A stretch of DNA of 64,000 nt. It comes from Eledone cirrhosa (Eukaryota). The DNA lies in NCBI GenBank assembly GCA_964016885.1, contig OZ024743.1:99634001-99698000 (forward strand), read 5' to 3'. Both the position numbers and the translations under genes were made by a program. A model generated the notes under the pieces. The model saw only the letters and a list, made by a program, of their open reading frames with translations. It did no database searches and was not told the DNA's origin. Of this stretch, positions 14,026-26,968 are shown piece after piece (within the stretch, counting starts at the first letter, position 1; each line of letters starts with the position of its first letter).

Positions 14026-14730
14026 TATCTATTAGAACTATACAACTATTTTGTCATAATATCTATTAGAACTATACAACTATTTTGTTATAATATCTAT
14101 TATATCTATACAACTATTTTGTCATAATATCTATTAGAACTATACAACTATTTTGTTATAATATCTATTAGAACTATACAACTATTTTGTTATATCTATT
14201 AGAACTATACAACTATTTTGTCATAATATCTATTATATCTATACAACTATTTTGTTATAATATCTATTAGAACTGCACAACTATTTTGTCATAATATCTA
14301 TTAGAATTGTACAACTATTTTGTTATAATATATATTATAACTGTACAACTATTTTGTCATAATATCTATTAGAACTATACAACTATTTTGTTATAATATC
14401 TATTAGAACTATACAACTATTTTGTTATAATATCTATTAGAACTGTACAACTATTTTGTTATAATATCTATTAGAACTATACAACTATTTTGTTATAATA
14501 TCTATTAGAACTGTACAACTATTTTGTTATAATATCTATTAGAACTATACAACTATTTTGTTATAATATCTATTAGAACTATACAACTATTTTGTTATAA
14601 TATCTATTAGAACTGTACAACTATTTTGTTATAATATCTATTAGAACTGTACAACTATTTTGTTATAATATCTATTAGAACTATACAACTATTTTGTTAT
14701 AATATCTATTAGAACTGTACAACTATTTTT
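14026..14730. repeat. 34-bp AT-rich minisatellite (~21 units) abutting the LINE tail
   Basis: Unit tatctattagaactatacaactattttgttataa. Confidence 0.95.
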
Positions 14731-15108
14731 TCAGTCTATAAAACATGAAAGCTACAATCTGTGAAAAACATTCGAAAATTTTTATTTAGAATTCATGTAA
14801 CATAAATAAATGTAAGACAAAAATATGGAAGTGGGAGGGCAAATATTCTAAAATTCTTCCACACATATCAAAAATCAGCATTCTCTGTCAACAGTGTTAG
14901 CTGTCTATCTGCCCACCCTCTCTCTTTTTGTTATGTTGTTTCATGCATCTTTCCAATAACCTGACTTTTCAAGGTATTATAATACCTCGATATAATAATG
15001 CAGTTCCACCTTATCATAGGAAATTGTATTTCCCAGAGAGTGTTTGATGAAGAAGATATATGCTTGTACTTAGTTGTCCTTTGTTTTTTCCATGTGCACA
15101 TTTGCTTT

Positions 15109-15142
<34 letters not shown>

Positions 15143-15334
15143 TAAAGAAATCAACAGATCAACAGGTTAAAATTAACTTCATTTATTTGGTGATAACCAT
15201 TATGCAACAGGTATGACCTCATCAGACAGCTAGAATCTGAACAGAAAAAAAACAAAAACATAACCATAGAATAAAGCTTGCTTCTTTTATTTTGATTTTT
15301 TTATATGCTCAGTGTTGACGTTTGGTGTTGTTTT

Positions 15335-15671
15335 CTCAAAGCCCCTCCCACTCCCACCAACACCACCCTCTCTCTATAAAGTTATGTTGGTACCACAACA
15401 TCCAGTTCAAACTAATGAGATCGTGTAGGTGTCACGACAAAAAAACACACAGTCCACACTGAAATGTGGCCGTGTAGGTAACACGGTAAAAAGTTCCCAA
15501 TCCACACTGTAAATGTGGTTGGTGTTAGCAAGGGCATCCAGTCGTAGAAAACCTGCCAGATAGTCCTATATGAGCGAGACACGGTCACCCGACCAATCTT
15601 GCCTCAAGTGCGATAATTCCCGTCTAACCCATGGCTAGAGTGAAAGATAGACATTAAACGATGATGATGAT
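15335..15671 (+). mobile_element. RTE 3' UTR fragment
   Basis: Matches 48906-49250 (aaagttatgttggt...aaatgtggttggtgttag...(GAT)n). Confidence 0.8.
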
Positions 15672-15689
15672 TATATATATATATTTTTT

Positions 15690-15975
15690 TTTTTACGTCC
15701 GCTTTTCCCTGCTTGCAAGGGTGGGATAGGAACTGATTCTGGCTTGATTTCTACAGCTGGATGCCCTTCCTAACACCAACCTCATTTACAGTGAGTGCTG
15801 GGTGCTTTTTTGCCGTGGCACCTCCATGACCACTTTGCAGTGGAATGATAGGGACCCCAGTCCTATCATCTCATTTCTATAGCTGAGTAAACTGGAGCAA
15901 TGTGAAATAAAGTGTCTTGCTCAAGGAAACAACACATCACCCGGTCTGAGAATTGAACTCACAACCTTTCGATTG

Positions 15976-15976
<1 letters not shown>
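15690..15976 (-). mobile_element. SINE A, short-tail variant, head truncated
   Basis: Same body as 3701-4084; tail ttttacgtccgcttttccctgcttgcaagggtggg. Confidence 0.8.
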
Positions 15977-16028
<52 letters not shown>

Positions 16029-16426
16029 TGCATGCATGCATACATACACATACACAATCCTGAAACATACCATTGTTATAATTTGCAGAAATGGTATCTC
16101 TGAAGAAAGTCCTTATTTGAAATATTAGAATTTTTCTATTCTGACAGTACATAAACTAGTATTGTCTTTTCACAGTTCTATTTTACAGAACTGATTTTTA
16201 CTGACATAGACCACCACTTGAATTCTTAACCCTTTTGTTACCATATTTCTATTGAAAAACACTGCTTATGTGTTTCAAATAATTTTTAGAATAATTAAGT
16301 ATTTGAAGAGATTTAGCAATTAAACTTTCTCATTATTAGTTTAGTGTTAAAAGCATAACAAGAGTTCTTCAAAAAGTTAAGATGAAAAGTTTTCAAGTAA
16401 TTATAAACATGTTAAAATAAACAGCT

Positions 16427-16735
16427 TTGTATCATAGAACCAGGGGCCGTTTTCTATCTTGCACACTACATCCGATTCCTCTTGTACCGAGTTTCTCTCT
16501 CATTTGTATCATAGAACCAGGGGCAGTTTTCTCTCTTGCACACTACATCTGATTCCTCTTGTACCTAGTTTCTCTCTCAGTTGTATCATAGAACCAGGAG
16601 CAGTTTTCTCTCTTGCACACTACATCTGATTCCTCTTGTACCTAGTTTCTCTCTCAGTTGTATCATAGAACCAGGAGCAGTTTTCTCTCTTGCACACTAC
16701 ATCTGATTCCTTTTGTACCTAGTTTCTCTCTCAGT
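16427..16735. repeat. 77-bp tandem repeat x4
   Basis: ttgtatcatagaacc recurs at 16427, 16504, 16581 and 16658. Confidence 0.92.
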
Positions 16736-16978
16736 TCATCAGTGCTTTGTTGTTTAATATCACACATCCACCAAACATGCTTGCTTCATTTCTCTCCAGC
16801 TGTCGCACATCTTTTGCATTCACCTCCCATGTTTCACTGCCATGCAGCATTGCACTTCACACACAGGCATCATACAGCTGACCTTTTGTCCATAGAGAAA
16901 GACACTTTGTTGTCAACAGTGTTAGTAGCTCTCACTGTTAGAGAACTACTAACACTGTTAGTAGCTCTCTAAACTTCT
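16680..16978 (-). pseudogene. Decayed RTE RT C-terminal fragment
   Basis: Minus strand translates NAKDVRQLERNEASM and STDELREKLGTKGIRCSVQER, homologous to AEDIRRLERNEACM and INELREKLEIRGIRCCLLER in ORF 25286-26074. Confidence 0.75.
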
Positions 16979-17889
16979 TGCCCTTAATCTATCAACTGCT
17001 AATCATATCACCTGGGCAGCAGAAATATATACATACACATACATACATATATATATGTTAACATACATATATTTGTGTGTGTGTGTGTGTTTATGTCCCA
17101 TAATTCAGCAGTTTGAAAAAATATACATAAACACCAGACTTGAAAAAATAAATACAAAGTTATGCTTCAGTTTGGCTGTAGTCTAATGACAGAAACTAGT
17201 AAAAGATATAAAAGAATATGAAATAATATATATCTTAAGATGTTCATGTTTGCTTTTAAATTAACCATCATCAAACAAGTGAACAGCTTTCTTACTGAAT
17301 AAGATCAAATTCTGTCTAAAATTTCCTCTAAAATTCTTTCATTCCAACTATATTTATAGAAATACTTGTGTCCATTCTATTTTTAGAAGATACTTATAAA
17401 ACATTGACAACTGATTTAAGAATATTTCAATGTCACTTTCAATATATATAATAAATGAGCCTGCAATTATTAGTAGCATCACTATTTCTCACTTCATCTC
17501 TATTACTCTTTCCTCGTTTCTTATTTAGATATTTCACATTTTTATATCCCCACCCCCACCCCCACTCTTTTCTTTTCTTTTTAGTTATCAATTCCTAACG
17601 TGTCACTCTTTCTCAATATTCCTATGTGATAAATTTTACTATGTGATAAATTTTACAGAACAAATCTCAAACATATTTTACAAAAGTGGCAACTTACCAA
17701 TACATACATATATACATACATACATACATACACATATATATATATCATAATCATCATCATCAACATCATCTAAAATGATTTTAAATATTGTTTATTTCTA
17801 GGCACTACCTTAAATTAGAGCAAAACTGAAAATACCTTAGAGTATTTTGTTTTATCCCTCTATTTTCGTATTCAAATCCCAAATCCCAA

Positions 17890-18258
17890 ATCAACCAATG
17901 CCTTGTGAGTGAAGTATGGTACACAGAGACTGTGTAGAAACCTATTGAATGTATATATATAAAAAGGCCCCCTTCTGACATGAATGACCATGAGATTTGC
18001 ACCTAGAAAGTTCCCCTCCAAGGCACAGGTTTGGGCAGTTGCCCATGCATACCAGCCTCCCCTCTCAATTTTGTCCAAGGGAAAGGCAATGGCCAATACA
18101 GCTTGGCACCTGTGATGTCACAACTCATTTTTACAGCTTAATAAACTGGAGCAACATGAAAATAAAGTGTCTTGCTCAATGACACAACACACCACCCAGT
18201 CTGAGAATCAAACTCACATCCTCCTGACTGCAAGTCCAATGTTCTAACCACTAAGCCT
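17890..18258 (-). mobile_element. SINE with family-A head/CORE but a different body and tail
   Basis: aataaagtgtcttgctcaa...ttctaaccactaagcc is shared with family A; the 3' part ccttgtgagtga...gtagaaacc is not. Confidence 0.7.
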
Positions 18259-18385
18259 CCCCACCACACACACATACATACACACACACACACACATATA
18301 TATATATAACAAAGAAATTATGGTAAGGAACCAGATGGACCATAACGCACCAGAGTACTCAATACTTAGGGTAGTAGAGTGGGAA

Positions 18386-18492
18386 ATAGGAAAAAGTATG
18401 ACCCCGTCGGCAGAGCTCAAGCCGTTTCAACGGTCCAGAAATAGCCGTCGAAACGGCTTGAGCTCTGCCATCGGGGTCATACTATTTCCTAT
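18386..18492. repeat. Fold-back element carrying the GAAA/stem III half of a hammerhead (family E)
   Basis: Inverted arms ~18386-18433 and 18445-18492. Second copy at 39464-39582; further fragments near 22083-22135 and 27236-27305. Confidence 0.8.
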
Positions 18493-19977
18493 ATATATAT
18501 ATATATATAGCAGAGCAATGCATGCCCCCACAAACTTGCTTAACGATAAGAGAGATAAATTTCAGAATCAGAACGCAATTATAGAGATTTAGTAGTGAGG
18601 TGGCAATAATTGAACAAAGCAACTGGAAGGTTGTGTTTACATGTGTGTGTATAAGTGCTTGGGTTTATATTTACTATTTAATTATGTCTCATGTCCCATA
18701 AATTAACAATTCAAATAAATGAGATTGATGAAATAAGTACCAGTCTTGAAAAAATATATTATGGTCAATATGTTTAACTAAGACCCTTGAAAGTCATGCC
18801 CCAGCATTACTGCAGCCTAATGATTGAAATCTGTAGAAGAGTAAAAGAATAACAAACACACAGTGGGGTTAATTTAATCAACTGTATCCATCACTTCTCT
18901 GGCCTTGTGCTAAGCTGATAAATCAATATAATTTCCTCTCCATATAAAAAATGATAAAAGTTGCCTTTTCAATGTAGCTTCACCCACCAATAGTTAACAA
19001 TGGTGATAATATTTTTTATTTTCAGGTTACTAGCTTCCAGGCAGTTTTATTTGTAGTAACAGATCATCAGTGATAGACATTTTCTCAGGAATCCCATCCC
19101 TGCTGATTAGAGAATGCTCTTCAGAATGATTTACCAATCAACAATCAATGTTTATGGCACTAGAATTAGTCAATGGATGTATTTATAGCTGTGCAATTAA
19201 TGAATAATGATATTTATAGCACTAATAATCTGCTTTAGTTGATAGTAGAAAAAGTGCAGCATTAATACTTGGCATACTTTTCATAGTAGTGTATCTGTGT
19301 ATCAACTCATCCTCTAATTGGTACAAACATGTCCATATTAAGTTAGCTTCACAATTGTGTGATTATAAGTTCAAACTCATTTCACTGTACATTAGGTGTT
19401 TACTACCTTAACCTTGGGTCAGCCCTGGGAGAGAAATTGTGGTGGACCTTGATCAGTTTCAACGATGAGTATACCAGTTCTTCATGAAATTAATGTGCAG
19501 GGTGAGTTTTCCACAAACAAGTGTACATTTAACATAATTCTTAGAGAATGTCTTGATATAATGATGCACTGCTTTTCACTTCAGCAAGCTGTTAGAAATG
19601 GTGAGCCCTTGGCAGCCGTTAACAAACTTCATTCACAATAAGATGCAATTTGTGAGGTATTTGGCTACTATTTCTAACACGCTAAGCAGCCTCATAGGTT
19701 TCATTCTTGCTAGTCGTCACAGCAGATGGGGAAAAACTTGATGTTATGATTCACTGCTTTTCATTACTAGTAAGCCATGAGTAGAGTGGTGTTGAGGAGA
19801 TATTTGGCTGCAATTTCTAACAAGCCATATGGCCACATGGAGTCTTCTTTGCTGGCTCTTTGTTATTCATGTTTTTATTCCTATTATCCATAGGGACCTT
19901 TAACAAACTTCACTCATATTAAGATGCAATTTAAGAAATATTAGGTTGCTACTTTCAACAGGTCAAGTGGCCACACA

Positions 19978-20064
<87 letters not shown>

Positions 20065-20077
20065 CGTGTGTGTGTGA

Positions 20078-20370
20078 AGGCACATGGCTAAGTGGTTAGA
20101 GCATTAGGCTTGCAATCGAAAGGTTGTGAGTCAATTCTCGGACCGGGTGATGTGTTGTTTCCTTGAGCAAGACACTTTATTTCACGTTGCTCCAGTTTAC
20201 TCAGCTGAAAATGAGTACCAGCAATAGCTGGAGGTTTAACCCTGCGATGGACTGGCATCCTGTCCAGGGGCGAGTCTTGTACTCTCAGTCGCTTCACGCC
20301 ATGAAACCGGGATAAGCACTGGCCAAATGACCCTTCTGGCTTAAGACAGACTTTAGACTTTTAGACTTAT
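20078..20370 (+). mobile_element. SINE with family-A head/CORE and a ccctgcgatggactggcatcc-type tail
   Basis: A box tggctaagtgg, CORE-like ccttgagcaagacacttt, terminal (agacttt)n repeat. Confidence 0.85.
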
Positions 20371-20441
20371 ATATATATATATATATATATATTATAAAAT
20401 AACAGGAGGCTGGACTGGTGTAAATCCTTGAAAGGTTTATC

Positions 20442-20499
20442 ATACTATGATCATTTCAATGACCGGGTTCAGTATGAATCCGGTGACATCATCAGGTAT
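20442..20499 (-). ncRNA. Type I hammerhead ribozyme motif (family D)
   Basis: atac CUGAUGA [stem II tgtcaccggattcatactgaacccggtcatt] GAA-AUGAUCAU-A gtat. Stem I is 4 bp and stem III is palindromic. Confidence 0.7.
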
Positions 20500-21996
20500 T
20501 CAAAATATAACAAAGGAATATAAAAGATAAAATCCATGGGTTTGAAAATCAGAGACAAGAGGACAACCAACTATTTAGCAGCTTCTACCTCGGTTGGCCA
20601 CCCTCAAGTGTTGATTATAGAGTCTATTTATGACCATCTGGTGGAGGGGCGCAGGCTTGTAATGTGCTACTACCTCCCTGTCAAAGAAAAATGTCAGCGT
20701 TGAGGTCAGGCCTCAATCAAGCTGATCATGCATGCTAGAAATTGCCGCGAAAAATGTTTTTTCAAAGAACACATATCTTCAACAAAGACATATATAGTGG
20801 GCGTCTGTATGGTATAATGTGTGGACAGAAATTTCTATTACCAATTAGAAACGTGAGAAGAAGAAATTAGAAAAATAAGGTTTAAGGTTTGGGTTGTGAG
20901 ATTTAGTTAAAGAATTTACAGAAGGAGGCTTTTATGAAAAAGTTTAAGTGCATTATAGATAGTGACGATAAAGTTTCAGGGTAGGATATAGAGTAAAGAT
21001 TAAGCCCTTGCTTAGCGGTCAATAACCACCAACAACTGCAGACCTCCGGCCAGCCCTGCCTTTAACTACGTGCCAGCCGTTCCGAGTAATATCATCTAGC
21101 GAAATTAATGGAAATTAATTTTTCCGAGCACTCCAGGAATGTAACTGTGCTAGCAGGAAGTCCGCCACCGCCGGCTGGCCATCGTATATACCAGACGGTA
21201 TATACTCGGAATGGCTGCTTCAACCTGGGGCCCTGTCAGACTTGGAACCCGCCGCGCCACCGGCTTTGACCGCCAAATAGTACCTCTAAATTCTAGGCTT
21301 AATCATAACTATTAGCTGTATCATGCCTCCTTCTAATAGCATTTAACTAAATCCTCCTCCTGTGTGAATTACTAGTAATCGTCTGGTATATACGATGGCC
21401 AGCCATGAAGAGAGAGAGAAAGAGGGGAGGGGGGTAACAACCCAGGCAGATTGGCTGAGTCATTAGAATGTCAGATAGAATGCTTTGTGGTATTCGTTCC
21501 AGTTCTCTACACTCTAAATTCATATCAGACTGAGATCAACTTGGTCTTTTTTGGCCTTTCATCCTGCCATGGTCAATAAAAACTACCAATCCAATACTGG
21601 AATAGTTTGTTCCACTATATCTCTTTCTCATTTCTTCTTTCTATCAACCTTTCTCATTCTGTGGAAGAAATACACCATCTTGTTTTTGTGTAGGACAGAA
21701 CAAAGGAGAAACACAAAATAAAAACCCAGTTACTAAGGAGGTCACAGAATGTGTGATGAAAGAGCTTTCGCAATATATAAACAACCTTCCAGTTATCAAA
21801 CGAACGAACTGGAAATTTATAACAAATTGAAAATTGAAGTGAAAACCAACAGGTGTGTGGGTTTTTATTGGCAGCATCACCCTCCCAAAGTATAACATTA
21901 TATCATCATCATCATCATCATTTTACGTCCGCTTTTCCCTGCTTGCAAGGGTGGTGGTTACACAACAGTTAGTTCCTTAGCGGATCCTCATACCTC

Positions 21997-22051
<55 letters not shown>

Positions 22052-22190
22052 TGTGCGTGCGTGCGTGCGTGCGTGCGTGTGTAGGAAAAGAGTCAGGACC
22101 CCGATGGCTGAGCTTTGGCCGTTTTGACAGCTAGATCCGAATATGTATATATATATATATAGTTATGTAATAAACAACATAAGGCAATTA

Positions 22191-22250
22191 TTCCATTTAC
22201 CAGTGGTTTCTTTAAAGCAAAAGATTTTGCTTTCAATCCTCAGAATGAAA
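22191..22250 (-). ncRNA. Type I hammerhead ribozyme motif (family C)
   Basis: tttcatt CUGAGGA [ttgaaagcaaaatcttttgctttaaa] GAA-ACC-act-GGU-A aatggaa. Stem I is 7 bp with one G-U, stem II is long, cleavage triplet GUA. Confidence 0.85.
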
Positions 22251-22552
22251 AAATCCTGGTCTGTTTATTGAATTAGGATTTTAAAAACAAAATGCAATCT
22301 ATATGAAATACCTGGACTTTTCCGACGGAATTACTTCATTTACACACATATATATATATGTATTGCAAGCAGGGAAAAGCAGACATAAAATGATGATGAT
22401 ATATATATATAGCAGGGTATAGGACTGTATCATTCAGAGGAAATCATCACGATTTCCTCCGAATGAAACAGTTCTAGTCCTTTAGAAGCTATTTCTATAT
22501 CAAATACTTATACTCTGCTATGTATTAAGTAGTTACCTCCAATTGAACCTAC

Positions 22553-22780
22553 ACGTACACTTTACAGTGTGGGCTGGGTGCTTTTTTGCCGTGGCACCTC
22601 CACGACCACTTTGCAGTTGAATGATAAGGACCCTAGTCCTATCATCTCATTTCTACAGCTGAGTAAACTGGAGCAATGTGAAATAAAGTGTCTTGCTCAA
22701 GGAAGCAACACATCACCCAGTCTGAGAATTGAACTCACAACCTTTCGATTGCAAGGCCAATGCTCTAACCACTAAGCCAA
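22553..22780 (-). mobile_element. SINE A 5' half
   Basis: Ends ...tgctctaaccactaagcca (A box on the minus strand). Confidence 0.8.
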
Positions 22781-22859
22781 GTGCATGCATATGCATGCAT
22801 ATATATATATACTCTTATTAATGGTCAGTCCACTTCTACGAAATGAAATGTAAAAATAC

Positions 22860-25800
22860 CATTTTCTTCTTGTCTCCCCACCCTTCGGTTCATTCATCCA
22901 TATATCTGTATAATCGCCCAGAATCCAAATCCTATCACTTCTGGTTGCTTTTCGATATGATGGATGGACTAAGGAATTTCTGGAGAGTCTGAAGAATCTG
23001 TACACTCGGGGACAATGCCAGAGATAACGACAAATTCATCTCATGCTGCCGGACGAAAGGGCAAGGACTCCTCCTCTTTGTTTCGGCCGCGGATGACCAA
23101 CATAACCCCCACCTCACCCACCCCACCCCTCTCTGCGCCCCACCCACCAAACGCAATCCAAAACTTCAGAGTTGGTACCATGAATGTAGGCACCTTAAAA
23201 GGCCGCTCTTATGAGGTTGTAGAAATGCTTGAACGTAAGGAGGTTGATGTTTGCTGTATCCAAGAGACCAGGTGGAGGGGCGGGTCTGCTAAATTCATTG
23301 TGGGTAAAAAACGATCCTATAAGCTTTTCTGGGTGGGAAATGACAATGGGCTGGGTGGGGTAGGAATCATGTTAGCAGAAAAAGGAGCGGATAAGATAAT
23401 AGACGTAAATAGAGTGAATGACAGAATAATTAAAATAAGACTTGTTCTAAATAGAACTACTGTGACAGTAATATCTGCGTACGCACCCCAATCCGCACTG
23501 CCTGGCGCTATAAAAGACAGACTCGATGAGACACTGATGCTCGCTATCTCCCAAATAACCGACAGTGACTATATAATTATTGCTGGTGACCTAAATGGTC
23601 ACGTTGGACAACATTGTGACGGTTATGACGGAATCAACGGAGGCTATGGGTTTGGTACTAGAAATGAGGAAGGCTCCAGAATCCTGGAATTCTGTGACGC
23701 AAATAACCTAACTATCTGTAACACAAACTTCAAAAAATGAGACAATCACTTGATTACCTACAGATCAAGGGAACATACCAGCCAGGTAGATTATATCCTT
23801 ACCAGAAGACGTGACAGAGTATCTGTTGTAAACACTAAATCCCTCTCCCATGAAGAATGCACCTCCCAACATAGACTCATAATTAGCGCCCTCATAGTCA
23901 GGACGAGACGTACTCGACAACAGAAGAGGATTATCCTCAGGAGAAAATTATGGAATCTAAAGGACCCTACAATCAGTAATAAATTTAAAAGCATATTACT
24001 TGATGCTTTTGACAGTAAGGTTGGGCATTTAGAGTCGTACAATATAGAGGAACAATGGGAATTCCTGAAAGCTAACCTGCTGATGGCGGCAGACGAAGTC
24101 TGTGGCTGGAGCAGGCCTATAGGCAGGAGGAGAGTAACATGGTGGTGGAACAGTAAGGTGGAGGAGTCAATTAAGGCCAAAAAGCAGGCTTGGAAAGTAT
24201 GGCGGGATGGGGGAAGTAGAGAAGACTATCAAGTGGCCAGGAGGGAAGCTAGGAGACAAGTGTACTTCGCAAGAAGGGAAGCAGAGGAAAGAAAGTTCAA
24301 GCATGTTCTACAACACGAGGACCAAAAACGTGAGGTCTTCAGGATTGCTAGGCAATGTGTCAAGGAAAACCGTGATATTGTCGGGGAGAAGTGTACTTGC
24401 CATCACCGACGCTGATAAGAAGGTAGCTTGGAAGTGTCACTACGAAAGGCTACTAAATGAGGAGAATAAATGGGAAAAAGACAGTCTCCCCCACATCGAT
24501 CCAATAGAGGGACCAGCAGTGTTAGTCGAAGGTAGTATAATAAGTAAGGCAATCAAAGATATGAAGACGGGTAAGGCGGCTGGGCCTTCGGAAATAGTTG
24601 CTGAAATGCTGAAAGCTTCTGGGACACACCATGGTCACCTGGATAGTAAACGAAGTCATACAGAATGGGGTTGTTCCGAAGGACTGGCGTAGCAGCATCA
24701 TCATTAACTGCTAAAAGGGTAAAGGAGATGCCCTAGATAGGAGTAACTATAGAGGCATTAAATTAATCGACCAGGTCATGATGGTCACAGAAAAAGTAAT
24801 AGCGCAACTAATCAGAGAGAGAATTGATCTAGATGAAATGCAGTTCGGGTTTGTGTCAGGTAAAAGTACCACAGACGGTCTTTTCATTGTACGACAACTA
24901 CAGGAGAAGTACCTAGCTAAAAGTAAACCCCTATACTTAGCTTTTGTCGACTTGGAGAAAGCCTTCGACAGAGTCCCCCGTTCCATTATCTGGTGGGCTC
25001 TTAGAAAACTAGGTGTTGATGAATGGCTTGTGAGAGCTATACAAGCCATGTATAAAGAAACAGTCAGCAAGGTTAGAATTAACAACGAATATAGTGAAGA
25101 GTTTAGCGCAAAAGTTGGTGTTCATCAGGGCTCTGTTCTTAGCCCCCTACTATTTATTATTGCCCTTCAAGCTATAACAGTGGAGTTCAAGACTGGCTGC
25201 CCATGGGAACTCCTATACGCAGATGATCTAATGCTCATAGCTGAATCAATGGCTGAACTAGAGAAGAAATTCCAAACATGGAAGCATGGCCTCAGTGTGT
25301 AGGAAAGGCGTAGGTAGAAACTCCACTTTATGTCCCAAATGCAAAGTATGGGTACATAAAAGATGTAGTGGGATCACAGGTAAGCTAACTAAGAATATAG
25401 ATTTTATATGTGGCCGGTGCTCAGGTGCAATAAGTAGCAGCAAGTGCCCACAGAATACTAGCTCATTCCACTGCACAGATGGTTCTATAGAAATAGTGGA
25501 CACCTTCCGTTACTTGGGTGACAAAATCAGCAGTGGTGGAGGGTACACTGAAAGTACAGTAGCTAGAGTCAGAACTGGATGGAAAAAGTTCAGAGAGCTT
25601 ATACCACTATTAGCCGCTAAAGGGTTCTCTCTAAAAATGAAAGGCAGGCTGTATGATGCCTGCATACGAACAGCAATGTTACATGGCAGTGAGACCTGGG
25701 CATTGTGTGCAGAGGATATACGCAGACTGGAGAGAAACGAAGCTTGCATGCTCCGCTGGATTTGTAATAGTAACATACGTGAACGGCAAAGCATAAACGA

Positions 25801-26230
25801 ACTAAGGGAAAAATTAGAAATAAGAGGGATCAGATGTTGTTTACTCGAGAGAAGACTACGTTGGTATGGTCACGTGATGCGCATGAAAGATGATAGCTGT
25901 ATAAAAAAGTGCAGGGCAATAAAAACAGACGGTAGCGACGGAGTAGGCAGACCCAGAAAAACCTGGGACGACTTGATAAATTCCGACCTCACACACTTAC
26001 ATCTCTCCAAGATAATGTCACTGGACCGAGATCTTTGGCGCTACACAATAATACAAAAGACCCGCCTTACCTAAGTACAAAGTGAAACCTACTACAGTCA
26101 GGAGGCACCTCTAACAAAAATACCCCCCCCCCGTCCCACTACCCCCACCCATTCACACCACCCCTTTCAATGTAAAGTTATGTTGGTACCACAACATCCA
26201 GTCCGAAACAAATGATGATGATGATGATGA
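22860..26230 (+). mobile_element. RTE-clade LINE, near full length, inactivated (APE endonuclease + RT)
   Basis: APE motifs GTMNVGTL, CCIQETRW, ISAYAP, AGDLNGHVG, VDYIL, SQHRL; RT motifs QFGF, FVDLEKAFD, GVHQGSVLSP, YADD, FRYLG. Several stops and frameshifts, a ~100-nt deletion near 25292, and a (GAT)n tail. The 5' boundary is approximate. Confidence 0.95.
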
Positions 26231-26249
26231 TATATATATATATATATTA

Positions 26250-26968
26250 TACATACATAGCGAACCGATTAAGTACATACCCAACAATACTAACTCCTTT
26301 AAACATAATAATAGGAAAAGAAAAATAATCTGGTTCACCCCCCCCCCCCCTACTCTTTAGCAGTTAAAACTAATGTAGGCATAAAATTCCTAGAGCTCTT
26401 AGATAAACATTTCCCTAGAACACATGGATACTATAAGATCTTCAATAGAAAATGTGTCAAAATTACCTACTCCTGCGGTCCCCCTATTAAATCTTATATC
26501 CTCAATAAGAAAAGACCCAAAGAACATCAAAATTGCTCCTGTAGAGTCAAAAGTGAATGCCCATTACAAGGTAAATGCAACACCAAAGCCATTGTATATG
26601 CGGCTAAAGTGACAACCATCAGCAACAACCTACCAGCCATCAGCGAACGATATGTGGGTATGACACAAGACAAATTCAAAACGCGTTATTACTCACATGT
26701 CGCATCTTTCCGACATCCAGAAAAAAGATTTACAACAGCTCTGGCTAGCAGAATATGGGATTTGAAAGACCAAGGTATCCAATATAAATTGGATTGGTCA
26801 ATTTTGAACCAATCTAAAGAATATGCAAGAGGAACAAGAAGATGCACACTCTGCATAAGTGAAAAATATTGGATTTTACAGAACCTTAAATCACCAAAAA
26901 CCTGCCTAAATGCAAAAACAGAAATTTTCACCAGTTGCCCACACATGAAATCACACTTGCTTTCCTAA
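26250..26968 (+). pseudogene. Penelope-like element 3' fragment: linker + GIY-YIG endonuclease (Naiad-like)
   Basis: RKIIWFTPP, then a frameshift in a 13-C run, then YSLAVKTNVGIKFLELLDKHFP...KIFNRKCVKITYSC...CSCRVKSECPLQGKC...IVYAAKV...YVGMT...FKTRYYSH...CTLCISEK...LNAKTEIFTSCPH. Frame open 26351-26968. Confidence 0.85.

Noticed and set aside
15185-15232. CUGAUGA on the minus strand beside (AT)n; similar cores at 16100, 16737, 19114 and 46387
   Set aside because: Missing GAAA or non-pairing stems; compatible with chance.
20078-20150. tRNA-like sequences with A and B boxes
   Set aside because: These are SINE heads followed by CORE and tail, with no complete cloverleaf; not tRNA genes.
21063-21077. 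taactacgtgccagc matching a conserved SSU rRNA motif
   Set aside because: Only 15 nt; the flanks do not continue rRNA sequence.
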